DNA of 64,000 nucleotides from Candidatus Dormibacteria bacterium (GTDB lineage Bacteria; Chloroflexota; Dormibacteria; Aeolococcales; Aeolococcaceae). Each line of letters starts with the position of its first letter. The stretch's first letter is position 1. A program made the position numbers and the translations under genes. A model generated the notes under the pieces. That model was given only the letters and a program-made list of their open reading frames with translations, did no database searches and was not told where the DNA came from. The DNA is taken from contig JBIOIZ010000001.1 in assembly GCA_044450385.1 (NCBI GenBank), positions 25,299-89,298 on the forward strand. The letters are read 5' to 3'. Positions 33,764 through 42,519 of the stretch are shown piece after piece.

Positions 33764-34482
33764 CTTCGCTGGTCGGCGAGCCCGGTGCTCGCCGGGTCAG
33801 TCCGTTCCTCGTCCTGCTGGTGATCCTGACCTTCTTTCTGGTGTTCACCGGCGTGTCATGCAATGCAGCCACGACCAAATCGGAGATCGGATCGATCGAT
33901 GCCTCCCAGGGGATCAGTGGAGCGCAGGCAGCTCAGGTGACCGACTGTCTCGATGCGCTCAACGGCGTGAACATCCTCACCTACAGCGGCTGGCAGCTCT
34001 CCTTCGGAAAGAACCCGGTGATCGGGTCGGTGCCCGCGGCGTGCAACCAGAACAACGCCGCCGGCGCCGACACGTCCTCGGCGAATATCGGCCCGCAACT
34101 GCTGGCCGTCCTCGCGCTGGTCAGCATCGGCCTTGCGCTGCTCTTGTCGAGTGCAGGTCTCCTCGGTCTGCTGGCGGCGAGGAGCCGGGCGTTCGTCACC
34201 GCAGTCTTCGCGGCCGGCGCCGGCGCGCTGCTGCTCCTCGACCAGTTCCACGTGCGAGATGTGCTCCTCGCGAAAATCTCCTCGAGTCAGGGATCGAGCG
34301 TTCCCGGGCTCGATCCCGCCTCGCTCTTCAACGTGAACATGGGGATCGGGTTGTGGGTCGCGCTCGTGATCCTCGCGGTGGTCGTCGTGTACAACGCCGC
34401 AGCGCTCGTCATCGTCCCTCCACCGGCTGCCGTGGCAGATCCCGAGCCGCCACAACCACGGCCCCTGGCGCCGCCCCCGTAG
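33754..34482 (+). CDS. Hypothetical polytopic membrane protein with Pro-rich C-terminus
   Basis: About four TM segments (FLVLLVILTFFLVFTGV, LLAVLALVSIGLALLL, FVTAVFAAGAGALLLL, GLWVALVILAVVVVY). Coding-like GC3 bias. No family recognised. Confidence 0.6.
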   Translation: MNLTSLVGEPGARRVSPFLVLLVILTFFLVFTGVSCNAATTKSEIGSIDASQGISGAQAAQVTDCLDALNGVNILTYSGWQLSFGKNPVIGSVPAACNQNNAAGADTSSANIGPQLLAVLALVSIGLALLLSSAGLLGLLAARSRAFVTAVFAAGAGALLLLDQFHVRDVLLAKISSSQGSSVPGLDPASLFNVNMGIGLWVALVILAVVVVYNAAALVIVPPPAAVADPEPPQPRPLAPPP

Positions 34483-34489
34483 GGTCGGC

Positions 34490-35395
34490 TCAGCTGGTGC
34501 CGCCGAGAAATGGTATGCCGTAGGTCTCGAGCTCGGAGCCGACCGAGGTCGACCAGACATCGGCAATCGCGTCGGCGGTCCAGCCACCGTCGCGGAAGGC
34601 GACCGAGATCTCTTTGGGATGTGCCCACAGCGACAGCTTGTCTCCGCCGAGGCCGATGCACTGACCGGTGATCCCGGCGGCCTCGTCGGAGCTCAGGAAC
34701 ACCAGCAGCGGAGCTACGTCGTCCGGGGTTCCCATGCCCATCTGCTTGCGTACCGTCGCCGGGAGCGGTTCGCCTCGTTCGGCCGCATCGACCAGGGACG
34801 CCATGCCGGGAATCGTCGAGATCATCCGGGTGATCGCGTTGGGCACGATCGCGTTCACCGTGATGTTGTGCTTCGCGCACTCCATCGCCCAGGTTCGGGC
34901 GTACGCGGCGATGCCCGCCTTTGCGGCGGCGTAGTTGGTCTGCCCGAAGTTACCGCGCTGTCCGGCGATCGATGTGACGACCACGATCCGTCCACCACTT
35001 CCCTGCTCGCGCATCTGCCGCACCGCAGCGCGCGCGCAGGTGAAGGTGCCGCGAAGATGTGTCTCGATCACGACGTCGAAGTCGTCGTCACTCATGTTCC
35101 ACAGCACGCGGTCTCGGAGGATGCCGGCGTTGGTGCACATGATGTCGAGATGCCCGAAGGCCTTGACCGCGCCGGAGACGAGCTGGTCGGCGGCCCCGGC
35201 GGATCCGACCGCGCACACCTCGGCCACGACCCTGCCGCCAGCACTGGCGATCGCGTCCGCAGTGGCTTCCGCGACATCACCGTCGACATCATTGACGACC
35301 ACGGCGCAGCCCGCCTGGGCGAGCCCGAGCGCGTAGGCGCGACCGATGCCGCGGCCACTCCCCGTGACCACGGCGACCTTGCCTTCGAGATTCAT
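34490..35395 (-). CDS. SDR family oxidoreductase (3-hydroxyacyl-CoA dehydrogenase / MFE-2 N-domain-like)
   Basis: KVAVVTGSGRGIGRAYALGLAQAGCAVVVND, NAGI, and YAAAKAG (YxxxK). Confidence 0.85.
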   Translation of the reverse strand: MNLEGKVAVVTGSGRGIGRAYALGLAQAGCAVVVNDVDGDVAEATADAIASAGGRVVAEVCAVGSAGAADQLVSGAVKAFGHLDIMCTNAGILRDRVLWNMSDDDFDVVIETHLRGTFTCARAAVRQMREQGSGGRIVVVTSIAGQRGNFGQTNYAAAKAGIAAYARTWAMECAKHNITVNAIVPNAITRMISTIPGMASLVDAAERGEPLPATVRKQMGMGTPDDVAPLLVFLSSDEAAGITGQCIGLGGDKLSLWAHPKEISVAFRDGGWTADAIADVWSTSVGSELETYGIPFLGGTS

Positions 35396-35404
35396 GGCGC
35401 CACT

Positions 35405-36277
35405 CTAGTGCCCGGGTTGGACGTCCCGCTTCGCGAATTCGATTTCCACATGCTCGCCGCGCGGCTGATAGCCGGCCTGCTGATAGATCGAGTTCGAGAC
35501 AGGATTGGCTGCATCTGTGAAGAGCATGGCGTGGTCGACGTCAGGTTGCTCGAGTGCGATCGCGGTCACCTCGTAGGTGAGCCGTCTCGCGTAGCCGTGG
35601 TTGCGGTGCTGCGCTGGGGTGTACACGGGACCGACGCGCACCACGCCCGCAGCGTGCCGGTGCCCGACCATGCAGACAACCTCTCCGTCGACGACCCAGA
35701 GGTCCAGCTGCCCCGACCGGATCAGGTGTTCAGCCATCGCCCGGGAGTCCGCCGGAGCGATGTGTTCGATCTCGGCGGTGAATTCCTCGAGCCACGTGGC
35801 GATCAGCGGCACGTCGCCGGCGAGCCCACCTCTGCGCTCGCCTGGCGGTCTGGTCACCTCGGTGAGCGCTCCAAGCTCGTTGAGCAGGATGGGCCGGTCG
35901 AGTTCGATGGTGTCGTCGGTGATCGCGGTCCATGCCGCCGCAACCGCGCGCGCTGATGACGCGGGCCCGACCACACCGCCGGGGCGGATGCCGAGCCCCC
36001 TCGCGCGCTCGAGAGCAGCGGCCGCGATTCCGGCGGTGGCCTCCTGCGGCATCGAGGACACCAGCAGGTGGTGGGGAGGGGTCCAGCTGGCCGCACCGAC
36101 AACCGAGCCGGCGTCTGTGATCCACCAGAAGCTCGGCGCCGCACCGTACATCGACGGCGCGGTTCGCACGATGTCCACGATGGTGAGCAGCACGTTGCGA
36201 GCGCAGGGCTCGGCCCGGAGGAACGTCTCAGCCGCGGCGGCATACTCCTCCACGTCGCCGGTGGTGTGAACGCGCAT
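35405..36277 (-). CDS. GNAT family N-acetyltransferase
   Basis: Start at MRVHTTGDVEEYAAAAE (ATG 36277). C-terminal acetyl-CoA motif VYTPAQHRNHGYARRLTYEV. The upstream 41 codons of the ORF track were discarded. Confidence 0.75.
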   Translation of the reverse strand: MRVHTTGDVEEYAAAAETFLRAEPCARNVLLTIVDIVRTAPSMYGAAPSFWWITDAGSVVGAASWTPPHHLLVSSMPQEATAGIAAAALERARGLGIRPGGVVGPASSARAVAAAWTAITDDTIELDRPILLNELGALTEVTRPPGERRGGLAGDVPLIATWLEEFTAEIEHIAPADSRAMAEHLIRSGQLDLWVVDGEVVCMVGHRHAAGVVRVGPVYTPAQHRNHGYARRLTYEVTAIALEQPDVDHAMLFTDAANPVSNSIYQQAGYQPRGEHVEIEFAKRDVQPGH

Positions 36278-36297
36278 GACGTCCGCGATTGTCCCGC

Positions 36298-37287
36298 TCA
36301 GACCGCCAGCCGTCCACCGGTCGCGACCTGCGCGATGAGATATGCCACCCACGGCAGCAGGGTGAGCATCAGCAGCGAGCCGCGGGCGCGGCCGGTCCAC
36401 AGCAACACGAGCAGGAAGGCCGCCGTGATCAGCGTGAGGATGACGCTGATCAGGCCGGCGGAACCCAGGTGCCAGGTGGTGAAGACGACGCCGATCGCGG
36501 CGAGGACGCAGGACTGAAAGGTCGCAGACCCGGCGACGTTGCCGAACGCGAGCATGTCGTCATTGGTGCGCACCCAGAGCACGCTGTTGAGCGTCTCGGG
36601 AAGCTCGGTCGCCACGGGCACGATCACGAGCGCGAGCACCATCGCGGGAATCTGCAGCGCCGCCGCCGTCCGATCGAGCGCGCTGACGAAGAGCTGCGAT
36701 CCGCCAATGAGAAGGCCGACGGCGATGAGGAGTTGCACGGTCACCAGCACGGGATGGGGCTGGCCCGGGCGCCAGCGCACGATGTGCAACGGTTCCGGAC
36801 TCTCGCCCGCCACAGCGCTGCCGCGGAGCGTCGCGACAACGTAGACGGCATACGCGAGGAGCAGGAGTGCCCCGACCGCGATTCTCGCGCCGCTCGGGAG
36901 CAGGCTCGACAGCGCTGCGACCGTGAACGCTCCGAGAAAGACTCCGAGGTCACGACGAGCCTGGCGGGGGTCGACGGTGAGCCGACGCGCCCCACCGCGG
37001 ATCACCACCGCGATGCCCGTTGCGCCGGCTCCGAGGGTGAGCAGCAGGAACGGTGCGCCCAGCACGGCACCGGTGGCGACCGAATCCGCCGATGGCGAAT
37101 GGGTCGCGAGCGCCACGATCGGGACGACGGTCTCCGGCAGCGAGGTGCCGAGTGCCGCCAGCAGGCTCCCGGTCGCGCCAGAGCCGAGATTGAGCATGTA
37201 CCCGGCCCATTCGATGGCATTCGTGAACAGCTCGGACGCGATCACCACGAGGATCAGGCTTGCGACGAAAAGCAGCGCGGTGATCAT
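36298..37287 (-). CDS. CaCA-family sodium/calcium exchanger membrane protein
   Basis: Two alpha-repeat motifs: ALGTSLPETVVPI and VATELPETLNSVLW. About ten TM segments. Confidence 0.82.
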   Translation of the reverse strand: MITALLFVASLILVVIASELFTNAIEWAGYMLNLGSGATGSLLAALGTSLPETVVPIVALATHSPSADSVATGAVLGAPFLLLTLGAGATGIAVVIRGGARRLTVDPRQARRDLGVFLGAFTVAALSSLLPSGARIAVGALLLLAYAVYVVATLRGSAVAGESPEPLHIVRWRPGQPHPVLVTVQLLIAVGLLIGGSQLFVSALDRTAAALQIPAMVLALVIVPVATELPETLNSVLWVRTNDDMLAFGNVAGSATFQSCVLAAIGVVFTTWHLGSAGLISVILTLITAAFLLVLLWTGRARGSLLMLTLLPWVAYLIAQVATGGRLAV

Positions 37288-37793
37288 CGGCGGCGCATCA
37301 ACCTGTCGATGGGTGTGTGCAGCCAGGCGGTGGCGAACCCGAGCACATGGCGGACGGTGACCGGTTGGACGCGATGCACCGGGGGGCCGCCAGCGGCGAC
37401 GTCGACCGCGTCACGCGCGCGATCGCGAATCCACGGGAACACCGTTCGGGGAAGCGCGTCGGGGGATGCCATGCGGAGTGCCCAGGCTTCGAGGCTGCGC
37501 CGCGGTGCACCCCCGATCACCTCGCCGAGATAGACCACGTCGCCCGCCGACCGCAGCCCCCGCCACGAGTACACGCCGACGATGCCGCCGATGCGCACCC
37601 GGTAGCCCGTCTCCTCCTCGGTCTCGCGCGCCGCAGTGACCACGGGGTCCTCGCCGGGCTCGCAGTGTCCTCCGGGAAGTTCCCAGCCTGGAGGCCACGG
37701 CCGGAACTGGAGCAGGACGCGTCCCCGCTCCACGATCGCGACCTGTGCGCCCTCCACCTGCCACGTAACGCCCCGGACGGTGACCGCGCTCAC
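37284..37793 (-). CDS. NUDIX hydrolase
   Basis: Nudix box GGHCEPGEDPVVTAARETEEETG. 4-nt overlaps on both sides. Confidence 0.85.
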   Translation of the reverse strand: MSAVTVRGVTWQVEGAQVAIVERGRVLLQFRPWPPGWELPGGHCEPGEDPVVTAARETEEETGYRVRIGGIVGVYSWRGLRSAGDVVYLGEVIGGAPRRSLEAWALRMASPDALPRTVFPWIRDRARDAVDVAAGGPPVHRVQPVTVRHVLGFATAWLHTPIDRLMRRR

Positions 37794-38527
37794 GACAGCA
37801 GGTGAAACAGGTTTGGCAGCCCGAGGAAGATCGGATGCACGCCGGGCATGATCAGATGGTCGAACGTGAGCGAGGCTGTCCCAACCGTCATGGCAGAAGC
37901 CACGTCGAAAGCACCGTGGGTCAACGGCGGCGGCACCAGCAGCGCAAGTGCGGCGAGTGCGTAGATCGCATGTCGGTACTGCTCCACATACAGGAACACG
38001 CGTGGCACTGCGCCGAACAGCAGAGCGCGCAGCACGGCGTAGCCGTCCAGCCCCGGAATCGGCAGCGCGTTGATGACGAAGAGCGCGATGTTGACGAGAA
38101 ACCCCTGCAGCAGCACGCCGAGGATGATGCCCTGGAGGGTGAACTGCGCTAGGACCACGAAACCTGACGCGTCGATGCCCGATTCGAGGAGTTCGACACG
38201 CAGCGCTCCGGCGAAGACCGCAGCGACAACCAGGTGCGCCAGCGGTCCTGCCGCCGCAACCGCCGCGCGCTGCCGGCCGTCACGGAGATACAGAGGGTCG
38301 AGCCTGACAGGCCGCCCCCAGCCGACCCCGGCAACGAGCATCGCAAGGCAGCCCAACGGCTCAAGGTTGCGACGGGGGTCGAGAGTCATGCGGCCGTCCC
38401 GTCGTGGGGTTGGATCGCCGCAGCGCAACGCCACCGCGTTGTGGCTGAGCTCGTGGATCACCGATCCGAACACGAAGCCCGGCAATGTGTAGAGAACGAT
38501 CGCCAGGTAGGTACCGGGAGTGGTCAC
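37790..38527 (-). CDS. Peptidase M50 (site-2 protease) family intramembrane metalloprotease
   Basis: HELSH zinc motif in a TM segment (FVFGSVIHELSHNAVAL) and the second motif FVINALPIPGLDGY. GTG 38527 lies 10 nt after the upstream stop. The Arg/Ser-rich upstream 90 codons were discarded because they overlap the 88-aa gene in another frame. Confidence 0.8.
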   Translation of the reverse strand: MTTPGTYLAIVLYTLPGFVFGSVIHELSHNAVALRCGDPTPRRDGRMTLDPRRNLEPLGCLAMLVAGVGWGRPVRLDPLYLRDGRQRAAVAAAGPLAHLVVAAVFAGALRVELLESGIDASGFVVLAQFTLQGIILGVLLQGFLVNIALFVINALPIPGLDGYAVLRALLFGAVPRVFLYVEQYRHAIYALAALALLVPPPLTHGAFDVASAMTVGTASLTFDHLIMPGVHPIFLGLPNLFHLLS

Positions 38528-38537
38528 CCGGCGCCGG

Positions 38538-38804
38538 CTACTCGAGCTCGACCCGCGACGGCCGCCGCGAGCGCTCTGTTCCGCTCCGCGATCGTCTCCG
38601 GCCACGGGTCGGAGGCTCGGTGGATTCCGGCTGTTGCCGTGTGTGGTGCTCGATGATCGCCGCCACGGCAAGCAGCAGCTCGCGCTGCGCGATGAGCAGA
38701 TGCCGCTGCGCCTCGGGGGGGACGAGGTCTCCGAACGATGTCCCGAGGACACGAGATGCCTCATCGATGAGACGCGTGGGGCAGCCGCGGCACGCATCGG
38801 TCAT
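38538..38804 (-). CDS. Small hypothetical protein (88 aa): N-terminal CxxC, one amphipathic helix, basic disordered tail
   Basis: MTDACRGCPTRL...QRHLLIAQRELLLAVAAIIEHH...RGRRRSRSGTERSRRPSR. Its ATG overlaps the ArsA stop (ATGA). Confidence 0.6.
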   Translation of the reverse strand: MTDACRGCPTRLIDEASRVLGTSFGDLVPPEAQRHLLIAQRELLLAVAAIIEHHTRQQPESTEPPTRGRRRSRSGTERSRRPSRVELE

Positions 38805-39973
38805 GGGCGTCGATTCGAGAAGGTGACTGAGAGCATTCCGTCTTCGATGCGGCCTCTGGTCACGCGTTTGCCGTTGAGCACCCGCGGCAGTGAGATCTCA
38901 CGCTTGTACGGACCGACACTGACGAAGAGCTCGCCCTCACGGTGCTTGATGTCGACGTCCTCCTTGCCGACGAACGGAAGGTGCAGCTGGAGCTCATAGG
39001 TGTCGCCCACCTTGCGAATGCGCTGCGGCACGGCGTGATAGAAGATCTGCGAGGGATCACGGTCGCCGTAGATCGACTCGCCCATCTCGGCGAGTGACTC
39101 GAGACCGACGATCTCGTGATCGAACAACTTGGTCTGCAGCGTCGGGATGGGTGAGAAGGCGCTCTCCACCATCACCGCGTAGCGCTGCTGGGCCTCGCGC
39201 CATGAATCGAAGTAGCTGTCGGTGACCTCTGGAGGGAGGACGCGGTTCACGACGATGAGGTCCGTGAGGTAGTCGTACAGGCTCAGGTAGGTGAATGCTC
39301 GCTGCGCTTCCTTGACCACCATCTTCTCGAGGTTGAGCACGATCCGGGTCGTGCACACTTTGGGATCGCCGAGGATCTTCTTCATCCCCTCGAGATCGAG
39401 GAGAAGGTCCTTGACGTTGCTGAAGATCTCGTCGCTCGGCAGCGGGATGTTGATGAAGGGCTGCATGACCGGGCGTGCAACCTTGTTCATCATCCTGTGG
39501 ATCGGGAAGATGCGATCCAGGTACCACTTGGCAACGTCAGGAAACGCAAGCAGTTGCAGGGTTTCACCGGTGGGTGCGCAGTCCACGATGAGCACGTCGA
39601 ACTTGCCCTCGCGCTTGTGCTTCTTGATCCACATGAGGCTCGCGACCTCCTCCATACCGGGAGGCGACGCCATCTCCTCGGCGACGATGTCGTCGACACC
39701 CTGCGACGCGAAGAGCGACGTCAGGTAGATGTGGATGCGGTCCCAGTGTTCCTCGAGCTCGTGGAGCGCATTGACCTCCTGCCCCCAGAGATGCGGCGCA
39801 AGCTGGGTCGGCTGGTCACCGATCTCCTGGTCGACGCTGTCGCCGAGGCTGTGTGCCGCGTCGGTGCTGATCACCAGCGTCTTGAGTCCCATGCCCGCGC
39901 ACTTGACGGCGGTTGCCGCAGCAACGGTCGTCTTGCCGACGCCACCCTTGCCTGTATAGAGGATCACTCGCAC
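38801..39973 (-). CDS. ArsA/Get3-family P-loop ATPase with C-terminal HSP20/alpha-crystallin-like domain
   Basis: MRVILYTGKGGVGKTTVAAA...VISTDAAHSLGD, DCAPTGETLQLL. The last ~70 aa, YELQLHLPFVGKEDVDIKHREGELFVSVGPYKREISLPRVL...IEDGMLSVTF, follow the ACD pattern. No CxxC motif. Confidence 0.85.
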   Translation of the reverse strand: MRVILYTGKGGVGKTTVAAATAVKCAGMGLKTLVISTDAAHSLGDSVDQEIGDQPTQLAPHLWGQEVNALHELEEHWDRIHIYLTSLFASQGVDDIVAEEMASPPGMEEVASLMWIKKHKREGKFDVLIVDCAPTGETLQLLAFPDVAKWYLDRIFPIHRMMNKVARPVMQPFINIPLPSDEIFSNVKDLLLDLEGMKKILGDPKVCTTRIVLNLEKMVVKEAQRAFTYLSLYDYLTDLIVVNRVLPPEVTDSYFDSWREAQQRYAVMVESAFSPIPTLQTKLFDHEIVGLESLAEMGESIYGDRDPSQIFYHAVPQRIRKVGDTYELQLHLPFVGKEDVDIKHREGELFVSVGPYKREISLPRVLNGKRVTRGRIEDGMLSVTFSNRRP

Positions 39974-39989
39974 GCGCGTGTCTCGCCGC

Positions 39990-40460
39990 TCACGGATTGA
40001 TGCGCGTCACAACGATCGCTGCGACGAGGATGAGCACGACCATGAGCGAGGCCATGATCGCAACCCGCCGCAGATCCCGAGGCACATAGGGCACTCGGTC
40101 GAACGGGATCGCGGCATCATCGCTGTCGAGCGGCTGGAACAGGGCGGCTGCGCTCACCTGGCCTCTGATGACGCGAGGCTGGGCTGCGGGATTGACCCGC
40201 TGCACACGCCGGCGTGCCGAACTGTCGGCGGCGGCCGGTTGCTCATCGCGTGCTTCGTCGACCGGCTCGGACTCGATGTCGAGGTCGGCGGCTGGGAGCG
40301 GCAGCAATGTATCCGGCAGGACCTGGGCCTGCGCCGGACGAGGGCTCGCCGGCGCCGGTGCGGTGGCCTGGCGCACGGCCGTGCCGGGCGAAGCCGGAGC
40401 GGATGCCCCAGGGCGTCGCGTCGCTGTTCGCTGTTTTTGCTTTCGGGTCTTCTTGGCCAT
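39990..40460 (-). CDS. Tail-anchored membrane protein with very basic N-terminus and Pro/Ala-rich disordered region
   Basis: MAKKTRKQKQRTATRRP..., a low-complexity middle, and one C-terminal TM VAIMASLMVVLILVAAIVV followed by TRINP and the stop. ATG 40460 was chosen. Confidence 0.6.
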   Translation of the reverse strand: MAKKTRKQKQRTATRRPGASAPASPGTAVRQATAPAPASPRPAQAQVLPDTLLPLPAADLDIESEPVDEARDEQPAAADSSARRRVQRVNPAAQPRVIRGQVSAAALFQPLDSDDAAIPFDRVPYVPRDLRRVAIMASLMVVLILVAAIVVTRINP

Positions 40461-40471
40461 GAACTCATCGA

Positions 40472-40477
40472 AGCGTA
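40472..40477 (-). promoter_or_regulatory. Candidate -10 box (TACGCT) 11 nt upstream of the tail-anchored protein gene
   Basis: Minus strand reads TACGCT-TCGATGAGTTC-ATG. Confidence 0.25.
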
Positions 40478-40543
40478 TCAGGGGGGTGAGCGCCCGACCC
40501 GGCAACGGAGCACGCTCCGCGATAGCAGCACCATGACGGGGCA

Positions 40544-40619
40544 GGCAGCGGGCCTCCGGATGAGATGGCCACGATTGGAGCCATGGCCTGAGCGGTGGTG
40601 AAGCCCGGCGCCCGCTGCC
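40544..40619. other. 76-nt imperfect GC-rich extended hairpin inside a 222-nt ORF-free spacer
   Basis: GGCAGCGGGC (40544..40553) is the exact complement of GCCCGCTGCC (40610..40619). The stem is extended by CCGG/CCGG (40556..40559 and 40605..40608). The interior contains two ATGGCC direct repeats. Confidence 0.4.
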
Positions 40620-40682
40620 CGACGAGCCTTGAAGTAAGGGGTGCAGCCCTACATCTTGTGGCCTGTGCCGAACGCTAGCACA

Positions 40683-41438
40683 TCATGCGGTGGTATTCAA
40701 TGGCGGCGGCAGCTGCTCCAGAGCCTCGCGGAACCCGGCTGCGAGCGCGGCGAGGAGCTCGGCGCGGCTGACCGGACGACCGAGCAGCTCGCGGACGCCG
40801 ACCCCTCCGAGGGTCTCCACCGCACTCCCGCGCAGGTATGCCGCCGCGTGAGGTGGCTCGAGGAGGACCGAGCCGTGCTGGAGGAGCGCACCCGCTCGCC
40901 TCGCCTGGGCGCTGCCGACGAGCTTCCGACCCCTGTCGTCGAGCAGCTCGTGCGCCGCCGGCCGCGCGAAGCAGTCCGCGACCGTGGCCCCCTCGCGGGC
41001 GTCACGCCGGAGGTTTGCGGGCATCGCGCGAGGGATGGCATGCACGCCGAGCATCTCGAGTCCTCTCGAGATGGCCTGGTGGATGCGGGAGCAGGACTGC
41101 AGAACGCGTCCGCCGAAAACCGGATCGGTCGCGCGGCACACCACCGCGTAGGTCACCTCCTGGTCGTGGAGCACTGCGCGGCCCCCGCTCGGGCGCCGAA
41201 CAATGTCGACACCGTCGCGAAAGCACGCGTCAAGGTCGACATCGTCGACCGGTTGCATCCGCCCGAGGCTCAAGCACGCAGGCTCGAAACCGTAGAGGCG
41301 CACTGCGCCAGGGATGTCGCCGCGCGCGCACGCATCGAGCAGCTCCACGTCGCGACGCATGTTCTCCTCCCCTGGCGCCGGTGCGTCGATGATCAACTCG
41401 AGCTGGCGCTGGGTCGCAGTGCCCATTCCCTCAGACAT
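40683..41438 (-). CDS. Lipoate-protein ligase / octanoyltransferase family protein (BPL_LplA_LipB domain)
   Basis: AVRLYGFEPACLSLGRMQP...IVRRPSGGRAVLHDQEVTYAVV...RKLVGSAQARR. ATG 41438 overlaps the ychF 3' end by 8 nt. An alternative start is ATG 41426. Confidence 0.8.
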   Translation of the reverse strand: MSEGMGTATQRQLELIIDAPAPGEENMRRDVELLDACARGDIPGAVRLYGFEPACLSLGRMQPVDDVDLDACFRDGVDIVRRPSGGRAVLHDQEVTYAVVCRATDPVFGGRVLQSCSRIHQAISRGLEMLGVHAIPRAMPANLRRDAREGATVADCFARPAAHELLDDRGRKLVGSAQARRAGALLQHGSVLLEPPHAAAYLRGSAVETLGGVGVRELLGRPVSRAELLAALAAGFREALEQLPPPLNTTA

Positions 41439-42519
41439 TGAATCGCACGTGGATGACGTCGCCGTCGCGCATGACGTAGTCGCGTCCCTCGAGTCGCTGT
41501 TTGCCCCGCTCGCGCAGCACCGCGTACGAGCCCGCATCGAGGAGCTCCTCGGCGCTTGTCACCTCGGCGCGGATGAACCCGCGGGCAATGTCGGTGTGGA
41601 TGCTCGCCGCAGCGTCGAGCGCAGTCTCGCCCTCCCGGAGATTCCAGGCGCGCACCTCGGTGTCGCCCGCGGTGAAGAAGGTGATGAGCCGGAGCAATCG
41701 GTACGCGCTCCGCGCCACCCGGTACAGGCCGGGCTCCTCGAGGCCGAGGTCGTGCAGAAATGCCTCGCGGTCGGCCGCCTCGAGCTCGGCGATGTCGTTC
41801 TCGATGCGCGCCGAGACAGCGATGGCGTCACCACCCGCAAGCGACGCTCGCTCGATGATCTCCTTCGGGACCGGGTCCTGCGCCGCCGCCTCCGCGACGT
41901 TGACGACAACCATCAGTGGTTTTCCCGTCAGCAACCAGAACTCCCGCAACATCGACTGCTCTTCGGGATTCAGCGACATGGTCCGCACCGGCATTCCGCG
42001 GTCGAGATGCTGCTGAACTCGGCGCAGGAGATCGATCAGCTCCGGCTCCTTCTCCTTCTGCAGCCGAGAAGTCTTCTCCGTGCGCTCCAGCCGTCGGGTC
42101 ACGGTTTCGAGATCCGCGAGCTGCAACTCGAGTTCGAGCACGTCGATGTCGCGGATCGGGTCGACACCGCCCTCGGTGTGGGTGACGTCTGGATCCTCGA
42201 ACGCTCGAACCACCAGCGCGGTCGCGTCGGCTTCGCGGATATGTCCGAGAAAGCGGTTGCCGAGTCCCTCGCCGCGGCTCGCGCCACGGACGAGCCCTGC
42301 GATGTCGGTGAAGGTGACCGTCGCCGGGATCACCTTGGGGGGCTGGAAGAGCGCGGCGAGCCGGTCGAGACGCGAATCCGAAACGGGGACCACGCCCGTG
42401 TTCGGCTCGATCGTCGTGAAGGGATAGTTGCCGACGGCCGCGCCGGCCTGGGTCATCGCGTTGAACAGCGTCGATTTGCCGGCGTTGGGCAGTCCGACGA
42501 TGCCGACACTGAGGCTCAA
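41431..42519 (-). CDS. ychF: Redox-regulated ATPase YchF (Obg-family)
   Basis: MSLSVGIVGLPNAGKSTLFNA...YPFTTIEPN...DIAGLVRGAS, and a C-terminal TGS-like DGDVIHVRFNV. Confidence 0.93.
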   Translation of the reverse strand: MSLSVGIVGLPNAGKSTLFNAMTQAGAAVGNYPFTTIEPNTGVVPVSDSRLDRLAALFQPPKVIPATVTFTDIAGLVRGASRGEGLGNRFLGHIREADATALVVRAFEDPDVTHTEGGVDPIRDIDVLELELQLADLETVTRRLERTEKTSRLQKEKEPELIDLLRRVQQHLDRGMPVRTMSLNPEEQSMLREFWLLTGKPLMVVVNVAEAAAQDPVPKEIIERASLAGGDAIAVSARIENDIAELEAADREAFLHDLGLEEPGLYRVARSAYRLLRLITFFTAGDTEVRAWNLREGETALDAAASIHTDIARGFIRAEVTSAEELLDAGSYAVLRERGKQRLEGRDYVMRDGDVIHVRFNV

